From Candidatus Aphodoplasma sp. (lineage in GTDB: Bacteria; Bacillota; Clostridia; UBA1381; UMGS1253), in NCBI GenBank assembly GCA_045592745.1, contig JAZNVH010000025.1, positions 130,152 through 194,151 of the forward strand: 64,000 nt of DNA. Direction: 5' to 3'. The position numbers and the translations under genes are program-made. Shown one piece after another: positions 49,536 through 57,475 of this stretch (positions are counted from its first letter, which is position 1; each line of letters starts with the position of its first letter). The notes below the pieces were generated by a model. It did not search any database, was not told the DNA's origin, and saw nothing but the letters and a program-made list of their open reading frames with translations.

Positions 49536-50354
49536 ATGTATTCAGTTAATTTTGACATTTCGGGTCAGGTTGCTGCTATAACAGGTGCAGGTGGTATTAT
49601 TTGCGGTTGTTTGGCAAAAGAGATGGCAAAAAAAGGTGTTAAAGTGGCACTTCTCGATTTGTTCGTAGATAATGCCCAGAAAATTGCAGACGAAATAGTT
49701 GCAGATGGCGGAGACGCTATTGCAGTAAAAGCAGATGTGCTCAGCCGTGAGAGTCTTGAAGTTGCAAGAGATGAAATTGTTGCTAAATACGGCAAGATTG
49801 ATATTCTTGTAAATGGTGCAGGCGGAAATAAGCCCCAGGCAACAGTATCTAAGGACAAGGATTTCTTTAACTTGGATTTGGATGCTTTCAAATGGGTATT
49901 CGACCTTAACGTAACAGGTGCGGTGCTTACTACTATGGTATTTGGTGAGCTTTTGGCAAAGCAGGGCTACGGTAACGTTATCAACATTGCATCAATGTCA
50001 AGCTATCACCCGCTTACAAATACAGTTGCATATTGTGGTGCTAAAGCTGCTGTTGCAAACTTTACGGAGTGGATGGCAACTCACTTTAACCAAAACTACA
50101 GCAATAATATCCGTGTTAACGCTATTGCTCCCGGTTTCCTACTTACAAACCAGAATCGTTACCTTTTGACAAACGAGGATGGTTCAGCTACTGACAGAGG
50201 TCAGAGAGTTTTGGCTAAAACTCCGATGAATCGTTACGGCGAACCTGTTGAAATGGCTGGTCCAGTTATCTTCCTTTGCTCAGAGGCTGCTTCGTTCATT
50301 AATGGCGCAGTACTCCCCGTTGATGGTGGTTTCTCATCATATTGGGGCGTATAA
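49536..50354 (+). CDS. SDR family oxidoreductase (resembles the SDR-type mannonate/fructuronate oxidoreductases)
   Basis: 'ITGAGGIIC', 'NGAGGN', 'Y..AK' catalytic pair and 'PGF..T.QNR.LL' tail. Subfamily assignment is from memory. Confidence 0.88.
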   Translation: MYSVNFDISGQVAAITGAGGIICGCLAKEMAKKGVKVALLDLFVDNAQKIADEIVADGGDAIAVKADVLSRESLEVARDEIVAKYGKIDILVNGAGGNKPQATVSKDKDFFNLDLDAFKWVFDLNVTGAVLTTMVFGELLAKQGYGNVINIASMSSYHPLTNTVAYCGAKAAVANFTEWMATHFNQNYSNNIRVNAIAPGFLLTNQNRYLLTNEDGSATDRGQRVLAKTPMNRYGEPVEMAGPVIFLCSEAASFINGAVLPVDGGFSSYWGV

Positions 50355-50387
50355 AAATATACTTTATAGAAAGAAGAGGATTATATT

Positions 50388-51479
50388 ATGCAGTATCATC
50401 ATATTGATTACAAAAAGCTTGAAACATTCTGTATAGAAGCTTTCAAGGGTTATGGCTTTAACGAAGAAGAAAGTAAGCAAATTACAGCAGTTCTTCTTGA
50501 AGCTGATTTGAGCGGGATTGAATCACACGGTATACAGCGTATGATTCGTTATCACAAAGAAATCACAGGCGGCATGGTTAAAATTGATGCAAAGCCTGAG
50601 GTAGTATTTGAAACTCCTCTTTCAGCAGTAATTGAGGGTAACGATGCTATGGGACAAACTCTTGGCGTAAATGCTATGCAAATGGCTATCGATAAGGCTA
50701 AGAAGTCAGGTTTTGGTATGGTTACAGTTCGTAATTCAAACCACTACGGTGTTGCAGGATATTATGCAAGAATGGCTGCATCAGAAGGTCTTATTGGTAT
50801 GTCTATGACAAACACAGAAGCTATTATGGTGCCCACATTTGGTAAACAAGCTATGCTTGGCACAAATCCAATAGCTTTTGCTATGCCTGCAGACCCTGTG
50901 GCTTACTCATTTGACGCAGCCACAACTGTTGTTCCGAGAGGAAAACTCGAAGTTTATGTTAAGCGCGGAAATGGTCTTCCGATTGGTTGGGCGCTTGATG
51001 AAAACGGTCACGACAGTGACGAACCCGATAGAGTTTTGTCAAACATAATAAACAAAACAGGCGGCGGTATCCTTCCCCTTGGCGGTTCTGGCGATTTGAC
51101 ATCAGGTTATAAAGGTTACGGTTTTGCAATGCTTTGCGAAATTGCAACAGCTATTCTCTCAGGTGGTACAACTTCAAATTACATATACAAAACTCCGGGC
51201 AGATCAAACATTGCACAGTGCTATATTGCTTTGGATTATGGTATGTTTGGCGACAAGAAAGAAATCGAGGCTGCTCTTTCCAAGTATTTGCAGGAGGTTC
51301 GCGATTCTGCAAAAGCAGAAGGTGCAGAGCGTATATACATTCACGGTGAAAAAGAGGCAGAGGCAAGAAACCGCGTTTTGACCGAAGGTGTACCGCTTAA
51401 CGAAAAAACTTATGATGAAATGAAGATGATAGCTGAGTTCACAGGTTCTTCGGCATATCTTCCCGAGTACATCGACTAA
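50388..51479 (+). CDS. Ldh_2 (type-2 malate/L-lactate dehydrogenase) family oxidoreductase
   Basis: 'G..SHG..R...Y', 'RNSNHYGVAGYY' and 'MLGTNPIAFAMP' family motifs. Confidence 0.88.
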   Translation: MQYHHIDYKKLETFCIEAFKGYGFNEEESKQITAVLLEADLSGIESHGIQRMIRYHKEITGGMVKIDAKPEVVFETPLSAVIEGNDAMGQTLGVNAMQMAIDKAKKSGFGMVTVRNSNHYGVAGYYARMAASEGLIGMSMTNTEAIMVPTFGKQAMLGTNPIAFAMPADPVAYSFDAATTVVPRGKLEVYVKRGNGLPIGWALDENGHDSDEPDRVLSNIINKTGGGILPLGGSGDLTSGYKGYGFAMLCEIATAILSGGTTSNYIYKTPGRSNIAQCYIALDYGMFGDKKEIEAALSKYLQEVRDSAKAEGAERIYIHGEKEAEARNRVLTEGVPLNEKTYDEMKMIAEFTGSSAYLPEYID

Positions 51480-51497
51480 TTATTAAAAAGTATATGC

Positions 51498-51528
51498 AAA
51501 AACCACGCGACTATCGCGTGGTTTTTGT
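51498..51528 (+). terminator. Rho-independent terminator ending the 43.1-51.5 kb operon
   Basis: ccacgcga-cta-tcgcgtgg (51503-21), flanked by an A-run and TTTTT. Confidence 0.8.
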
Positions 51529-51536
51529 TATACGAT

Positions 51537-51570
51537 AAAAGGCAATTTTTATAAAAGAAAATTGCCTTTA
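51537..51570 (-). terminator. Terminator of the AGCS transporter gene
   Basis: ggcaatttt (51541-49) pairs with aaaattgcc (51558-66). On the minus strand it is followed by TTTTAT. Confidence 0.55.
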
Positions 51571-51576
51571 AAATTT

Positions 51577-53091
51577 TTATAGTCTTTTTTCTTCCTCTTC
51601 CTGAACATCGGCAAATGCAGAAAGCATCGGTTTGATATCCTTGTGTTTTAGATTTCTGTCTATGTAGTTTCTTGTAATCTTGACAACAAGTCCCGAAAGT
51701 GCAAGAACACCAATAAGGTTAGGTACCATCATGAGTCCGTTGAATGTATCGGAAATATCCCATGCAAGCGACGATGTCAAAAGCGCACCGCACATAATCA
51801 TCACAAGGTGGATAACCTTGTAAAGCTTTGTTGACTTTGTGCCAAACAAATATTCCCACGCTTTGCTTCCGTAATGGTCCCATCCAAGAACTGTTGTAAA
51901 TGCAAACAATAAAATTGCAATTGCAATAAATCTTTCGCCCCATACACCAAACAAAATCGAAAAGGCTTTTGCAACAAGATTTGCATCAGTTGCGCCCTGC
52001 ATAAGTGCACCTGTTTCAAGATTGATTACGCCGGATGTAAGTACAACAAGAGCGGTCATTGTGCAAACAACCATTGTATCGGCAAATACTTCAAAAATGC
52101 CCCAAAGACCCTGACGTACAGGCTCTACAACATTTGAGTTTGAATGAACCATAACCGATGAACCAAGACCTGCCTCATTTGAGAAAACACCTCTCTTACA
52201 TCCGAGAGTTACAATTTCTTTTACGGCAATACCAGCAGCACCGCCCCATACTGCCGGGCCTGTAAATGCATACTTAAAGATTGATGCAAACGCAGCTCCG
52301 ACAGAAGCATAATTTACACCAATTATAATAAGACTTCCCAAAACAAATAACACTACCATAAAAGGAACAACTTTCTCAGCAAAATTTGCAATTCTCTTGA
52401 GTCCACCAAGAATAATAAGCGCCGCAATAACTACGAGCACAATGCCTATAATAAGATGGTACATTGTTACGTTTCCAAAAGGAATCGCTGCAAGTGACGG
52501 AATCTGAAATGCATCTACCATATTAACAACAATTTTATTAATCTGACCCATTGCACCGATACCAAATGATGCGAGAATTGCAAAAATTGAGAAAAGCACT
52601 GCAAGAATTGCACCAATCCATTTACAACCTTTAATTTTGCCAAGACCATCTCTTAAATAGTACATAGCGCCGCCTGACCACTCACCGTCTGCATTCTTTC
52701 TTCTGTAATAGATACCAAGAACGTTTTCTGAGTAGTTTGTCATCATACCAAGAAATGCCGCAACCCACATCCAGAAGACTGCACCGGGACCACCGCCTAC
52801 AATCGCAGCTGCAACACCGGCAATATTACCTACACCTATTGTAGCTGCAAGAGCAGTACAAAGCGCCTGAAACTGCGATATTGACTTGCCCTTAACATGT
52901 CCTGAAACATCCTTGTTGAAAATCTTTCCAATTGTTTCAGAGAACCAGTGTCCTATATGTGTTATCTGGAAAACACCTGTGATAACAGTCATTATAAGAC
53001 CCGTTGCCAAGAGCAGATAAAGACCCTTGCCCCACACAAAACTGTTGACATTGTTATTAAAATTTGTCAACACCTCAAAAAAGTTTGCCAT
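51577..53091 (-). CDS. Alanine/glycine:cation symporter (AGCS family)
   Basis: 'FQALCTALAATIGVGNIAGVA.AI..GGPGA.FWMW' AGCS signature. The ATG at 53091 follows GAGGAGG. Confidence 0.92.
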   Translation of the reverse strand: MANFFEVLTNFNNNVNSFVWGKGLYLLLATGLIMTVITGVFQITHIGHWFSETIGKIFNKDVSGHVKGKSISQFQALCTALAATIGVGNIAGVAAAIVGGGPGAVFWMWVAAFLGMMTNYSENVLGIYYRRKNADGEWSGGAMYYLRDGLGKIKGCKWIGAILAVLFSIFAILASFGIGAMGQINKIVVNMVDAFQIPSLAAIPFGNVTMYHLIIGIVLVVIAALIILGGLKRIANFAEKVVPFMVVLFVLGSLIIIGVNYASVGAAFASIFKYAFTGPAVWGGAAGIAVKEIVTLGCKRGVFSNEAGLGSSVMVHSNSNVVEPVRQGLWGIFEVFADTMVVCTMTALVVLTSGVINLETGALMQGATDANLVAKAFSILFGVWGERFIAIAILLFAFTTVLGWDHYGSKAWEYLFGTKSTKLYKVIHLVMIMCGALLTSSLAWDISDTFNGLMMVPNLIGVLALSGLVVKITRNYIDRNLKHKDIKPMLSAFADVQEEEEKRL

Positions 53092-53119
53092 ATTATTTCC
53101 TCCTCTTTTTTGCGCTAAA

Positions 53120-53340
53120 TAAAGCAAAAACGGAGTTTTTGAAATACAAAAACTCCGCGCAAAAAAAGCATCTATAACTTTTTTCTCCGTCCTTTTGCCT
53201 GAGAGATTAACCCTTTTGGGTCTTACACCTTCGGCATCCTTTTATATTGGGACTTCTCCGGAGTGCTATCTGTGAACAGTCATCACCATCGCGCCTGAGA
53301 GCTTTACTCCTTCGGCAAGGCTTACACCTTTCTCCTGCAC
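53120..53340 (-). promoter_or_regulatory. Tandem glycine riboswitch with terminator expression platform
   Basis: Minus-strand aptamer 1 is GCAGGAGAAAGG..GCCGAAGGAGUAA..CUCUCAGGCG. Aptamer 2 is CUCCGGAGAAG..UGCCGAAGGUGUAA..AAUCUCUCAGGCAAAAGGACGGAG (aptamers about 53181-53340). The terminator is CGGAGUUUUUG-uauuuc-AAAAACUCCG (53131-57) followed by UUUUUGC. Confidence 0.85.
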
Positions 53341-53372
53341 ACTTCACTTAGCTCAAATATTAAGTTATAATA

Positions 53373-53401
53373 ATTATACGCCTATTTTGTCGAATTGTCA
53401 A
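53373..53401 (-). promoter_or_regulatory. Exact-consensus SigA promoter driving the glycine riboswitch
   Basis: Minus strand TTGACA (53401-396), 17-nt spacer, TATAAT (53378-73). Confidence 0.7.
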
Positions 53402-53423
53402 CAAATTTGACATTTCAATTCGT

Positions 53424-53984
53424 TTACAAATTATATCCCAGTTCAAACGCCTTAAGGTTTGACTCCATAAACTTTTCAGGTGTTGATGTCTTAATCGTAT
53501 TAACCCACTTTTCATAAGGAATATCAGTATTTTTTGCCATAAGACCAATTAATACGACATTAACAGCTTTAACATTGCCTGCCTCTTTTGCATATTTAAG
53601 TGCATCAACTGTAACAACATCAATCTTTTCCGAAAGCTTTTCCTCGATATTTTCAGGATACTTCATCGCACCTGTAATTACAGGCATCGGGTCAATCTGC
53701 TGGGTATTTACAAGCATTTTTCCACCTTTTTTAAGATACGGAAGCGCTCTGTACGCCTCAAGCTTTTCAAATGCAAGAATTATATCAGCTTCACCGCGGT
53801 CGATTATCGGAGAATAAACCTTTTTTCCAAACTTAACGTATGTAACAACGCTGCCGCCTCTCTGGCTCATGCCATGAACCTCAGAAACCTTTACATCATA
53901 GCCTTCGTTTACAACTGTGTTGCCGAGTATACGGCTTGCAAGCAAGGTTCCCTGACCGCCTACGCCTACTATCATTATATTCAT
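53424..53984 (-). CDS. iorB: Indolepyruvate:ferredoxin oxidoreductase, beta subunit
   Basis: 'IMIVGVGGQGTLLASR', 'VHGMSQRGGSV'. Its size and its position 3 nt after iorA fit. Confidence 0.9.
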   Translation of the reverse strand: MNIMIVGVGGQGTLLASRILGNTVVNEGYDVKVSEVHGMSQRGGSVVTYVKFGKKVYSPIIDRGEADIILAFEKLEAYRALPYLKKGGKMLVNTQQIDPMPVITGAMKYPENIEEKLSEKIDVVTVDALKYAKEAGNVKAVNVVLIGLMAKNTDIPYEKWVNTIKTSTPEKFMESNLKAFELGYNL

Positions 53985-53987
53985 AGC

Positions 53988-55721
53988 TTACTCCCCCTTC
54001 TCCATTGCACCAAACGGACAAACATTAAAGCAAAGTCCGCAACCGTTGCACTGTGTCTCGTCAATAACTATCTTCTCTCCGTCAAACGAGATTGCAGGAC
54101 ATCCAAGCTTTAAGCAAAGCTTACACTTTTTGCAGTTATCGTTTATCTTACACTTGCCTGTGTACTTAACAGACTTTAATAGTGCACAAGGTCTTTGAGC
54201 AATAATTACTGAAGGCTCGTCACGCTCTGTTTCCTCTTTAACAACCTTTTCAAAATTCTTTACATCAAACGGGTCAGCTACAACAACATTTTTAACACCG
54301 ATTGACTTACAGAGGTCAACAAGATTAACCTGGGTGGTTTCTTCGCCTCTTATGGTGTATCCCGTTGTAGGATTGTTCTGATGTCCCGTCATGCCTGTAA
54401 TAGAGTTGTCAAGAATAATAACTGTATTTGCGCCCTTATTATACACTATATCAACAAGACCCGTGATACCTGAATGCATAAATGTCGAATCACCTATAAC
54501 AGAAACAAGCTTTTTGTTAAACTCTGCGCCTCTTGCCTTCGCCATGCCATGAGCAGCACTTACAGAAGCACCCATACATATCGTTGTATCAACGCTTTCA
54601 AGTGGAGCAACCGCTCCAAGAGTATAACAACCGATATCGCCCGACACTGTAAGACCGAGCTTTTTAAGAACATAAAATGTTCCTCTGTGAGGACAGCCTG
54701 CGCACATAACGGGCGGTCTAACGGGGATAATCTCGTCAATTTTTGCGCTTTCCGGTGCGCCTTCTCCTAATACTGCCGCTTTTATCATAGAAGGAGTATA
54801 CTCGCCAAGCAAAGTAAACTTTTCTTTGCCAATAACATCAATACCGATTGCACGGCAATGCTTTTCTATAACAGGGTCAAGCTCCTCTATTACATAAACC
54901 TTATCACACTTTGCAGCAAAATCTTTTATAAGCTTCTCAGGCAAAGGATAAACCATACCGAGCTTTAAGTAATTAACCTTGTCGCCAAGCGCTTCTTTTG
55001 CATACATATATGCAATACCCGATGTAATCACGCCGATTTTGCTGCCGTTATCTTCTACTATGTTAAACTCGCAATTTTCAGCATACTCTTTTAGTGCCGC
55101 AATGCGTTCTTCAACTACAACGTGTCTTTTTATCGCCTTTGCAGGCATCATAACATATTTATCTATATTCTTCTCGTACGGTTTAAGCTGTGTTTTTTCA
55201 GGCTCAAGATCTTCTACAAGGCTCTGTGAATGTGATACTCTTGTAGAAAGACGGATAAATACAGGCGTATCAAACTTTTCGCTCAGCTCAAACGCCGCCT
55301 TTGTATACTCCTTACACTCCGCTGAATCCGCAGGCTCAAGCATAGTAATCTTTGATGCCTCTGCATAGTGGCGCGAATCCTGCTCATTCTGTGATGAGTG
55401 CATTCCGGGGTCATCTGCCACGCAGAAAACAAGTCCGCCATTTACGCCTGTATAACTGACAGTAAAAACAGGGTCAGCCATAACATTCAAACCTACATGC
55501 TTCATACAGGACATACTTCTTGCACCTGCGATTGATGCACCGATTGCAACCTCTGCTGCAACTTTTTCATTTGGTGACCATTCTGCATAAACCTCTTCAT
55601 ATTTAACAATATTCTCGGTAATTTCGGTGCTTGGAGTACCCGGATAAGAAGCAACAACCGAAACACCTGCCTCATAAGCACCACGGGCAACCGCCGCATT
55701 GCCGAGCATAAGCTTCTTCAT
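53988..55721 (-). CDS. iorA: Indolepyruvate:ferredoxin oxidoreductase, alpha subunit
   Basis: 'GN.A.ARGA.EAG...ASYPGTPSTE', TPP-binding 'GDSTF.HSG' and a C-terminal 2x[4Fe-4S] ('CKKCKLC..LGCPA', 'CNGCGLCFNVCP'). Confidence 0.92.
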   Translation of the reverse strand: MKKLMLGNAAVARGAYEAGVSVVASYPGTPSTEITENIVKYEEVYAEWSPNEKVAAEVAIGASIAGARSMSCMKHVGLNVMADPVFTVSYTGVNGGLVFCVADDPGMHSSQNEQDSRHYAEASKITMLEPADSAECKEYTKAAFELSEKFDTPVFIRLSTRVSHSQSLVEDLEPEKTQLKPYEKNIDKYVMMPAKAIKRHVVVEERIAALKEYAENCEFNIVEDNGSKIGVITSGIAYMYAKEALGDKVNYLKLGMVYPLPEKLIKDFAAKCDKVYVIEELDPVIEKHCRAIGIDVIGKEKFTLLGEYTPSMIKAAVLGEGAPESAKIDEIIPVRPPVMCAGCPHRGTFYVLKKLGLTVSGDIGCYTLGAVAPLESVDTTICMGASVSAAHGMAKARGAEFNKKLVSVIGDSTFMHSGITGLVDIVYNKGANTVIILDNSITGMTGHQNNPTTGYTIRGEETTQVNLVDLCKSIGVKNVVVADPFDVKNFEKVVKEETERDEPSVIIAQRPCALLKSVKYTGKCKINDNCKKCKLCLKLGCPAISFDGEKIVIDETQCNGCGLCFNVCPFGAMEKGE

Positions 55722-55816
55722 TTTAAATCATCCCTTCCTTATTTGCGCAAATGATATCAGCTCAAAATCTGACATACTAAGTATAGCAAATCTTGAGCTG
55801 TTTTTCAACAGTTTAG

Positions 55817-57451
55817 TTAATTTTTTATCTGTGATTCGACAAGACTCTCACCACAATAAATCTCACGAAGCTTCGGCTTTTCAATTTTACCGGTAGGATT
55901 ACGAGGAACGTCTGCAAATATAACCTTGTGAGGTCTTTTATATCTTGGTAAATCAAGGCAAAAATCATTTACCTCTTCTTCTGTCATTTCGCAGTCCTCT
56001 TTTACCTCAATAACAGCTGCAGTAATTTCGCCAAGTCTTTTATCCGGCAAACCGATAACAGCTACGTCCTTTATTTTTGAGCAGCTGCGTAAAAAGTCCT
56101 CAATCTGTACAGGATAGATATTCTCTCCTCCCGATATGATTACGTCCTTCTTTCTGTCAACAAGATAGATAAAGCCATCTTCATCCTCTCTTGCCATATC
56201 ACCCGTAAAGAGCCATCCGTCATCCAAGACCTCTGCAGTTGCTTTTTCATCATTAAAATAGCACTCCATTACTCCGTCGCCTTTAACTGCAAGCTCACCT
56301 ACATCACCTTTTTTAACCGTGTTACGATACTCGTCAACAATCTTGACCTCCCAGCCATAACCTGCTTTTCCTATTGCACCAACCTTGTGAATATTTTCAA
56401 CACCAAGATGCACACAACCTGGGCCTATAGACTCACTAAGACCATAGTTTGTATCATAAGCATGATTTGGAAAACGCTGTTTCCAACGTTTGATAAGGCT
56501 TGGTGGAACAGGCTGCGCTCCAATATGCATAAGTCTCCATTGCTCAAGCTCATAATCTTCAATTTTGATTTCCCCACGGTCTATCGCATCAAGAATATCC
56601 TGTGCCCACGGAACCAAAAGCCATACAATTGTGCACTTTTCTTCCGAAATGGTTCTTATAATCCATTCCGGCTTTACACCCTTTAACAAAACTGCCTTGC
56701 TACCCGAAATAAGACTTCCAAACCAATGCATTTTTGCACCTGTATGATAAAGTGGCGGAATACACAAAAACACATCGTCACGGCTTTGACCATGATGATT
56801 TTGCTCAACACGGCATGAATGTATAAGGCTTCTGTGCTTATGCACAATAGCTTTTGGAAATCCCGTAGTTCCGGAAGAAAAATAAATCGCCGCATCATCA
56901 TCTTCTGCAAGAGGAATTTCTGGACATCTCGCAGTGCAATATGTAACAAGCTTATCATAGCTTTCAGCAAATGTAGGGCAATCCTCGCCAAGATAGAAGG
57001 TATATCGTACATTCTTCATCTTGTTTTCAACTGCTTCAACTCTGCCAGTAAATTCAGGCCCGAATATCAGCACATCTGCCTGTGCAAGATTAACGCAGTA
57101 CGCAATTTCGTCAGCAGTATAACGATAGTTAAGTGGAACAGCCATTGCACCCGCCTTTAATATTCCAAAATAAATTGGAAGCCATTCAAGACAATTCATA
57201 AGCAGTATGGCAACCTTGTCACCCTTTTTTATGCCACGACTAAGCAACAGATTTGCAAATCTGTTTGCCTTTTTATCAAATTCACTCCATGTTATCTGTG
57301 TGCGAAATGCTTCTTTGTTACTTGTTTCAATAAGGGCATATTCCTTCCATGTAAGACGTTTTCCCTCGCCCATCGGCGGATTAATCTCAACAAGGCTAAC
57401 CTCGTCTGCGTACAATCTCGCGTTTTTTTCAAGCAATTCTGTAATTACCAT
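55817..57451 (-). CDS. ANL-superfamily acyl-CoA ligase (AMP-binding)
   Basis: 'YFSSGTTGFPKA' (A3), 'YGLSE', 'TGD' and 'GENIYP'. 544 aa. Acyl substrate unknown. Confidence 0.9.
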   Translation of the reverse strand: MVITELLEKNARLYADEVSLVEINPPMGEGKRLTWKEYALIETSNKEAFRTQITWSEFDKKANRFANLLLSRGIKKGDKVAILLMNCLEWLPIYFGILKAGAMAVPLNYRYTADEIAYCVNLAQADVLIFGPEFTGRVEAVENKMKNVRYTFYLGEDCPTFAESYDKLVTYCTARCPEIPLAEDDDAAIYFSSGTTGFPKAIVHKHRSLIHSCRVEQNHHGQSRDDVFLCIPPLYHTGAKMHWFGSLISGSKAVLLKGVKPEWIIRTISEEKCTIVWLLVPWAQDILDAIDRGEIKIEDYELEQWRLMHIGAQPVPPSLIKRWKQRFPNHAYDTNYGLSESIGPGCVHLGVENIHKVGAIGKAGYGWEVKIVDEYRNTVKKGDVGELAVKGDGVMECYFNDEKATAEVLDDGWLFTGDMAREDEDGFIYLVDRKKDVIISGGENIYPVQIEDFLRSCSKIKDVAVIGLPDKRLGEITAAVIEVKEDCEMTEEEVNDFCLDLPRYKRPHKVIFADVPRNPTGKIEKPKLREIYCGESLVESQIKN

Positions 57452-57475
57452 CTTATCTCACCTTTATTTTATATT

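Noticed and set aside
43309-49891. Long antisense ORFs inside the plus-strand operon (43309-43761, 45912-46412, 47203-47907, 48783-49100, 49565-49891).
   Set aside because: Each is opposite a CDS with clear family motifs. The sequences are Cys/Ser/Thr-rich nonsense without start context. The somewhat higher GC of these genes simply leaves longer stop-free antisense frames.
55722-55816. A hairpin (CAGCUCAA...UUGAGCUG, ~27-nt loop) and a small CUGUU-gaaa-AACAG hairpin in the ligase-iorA spacer, considered as an internal terminator or second riboswitch.
   Set aside because: No U-tract follows either stem, and 95 nt is too short for a known riboswitch class. It is more likely a processing or stability element, so it does not break the operon model.
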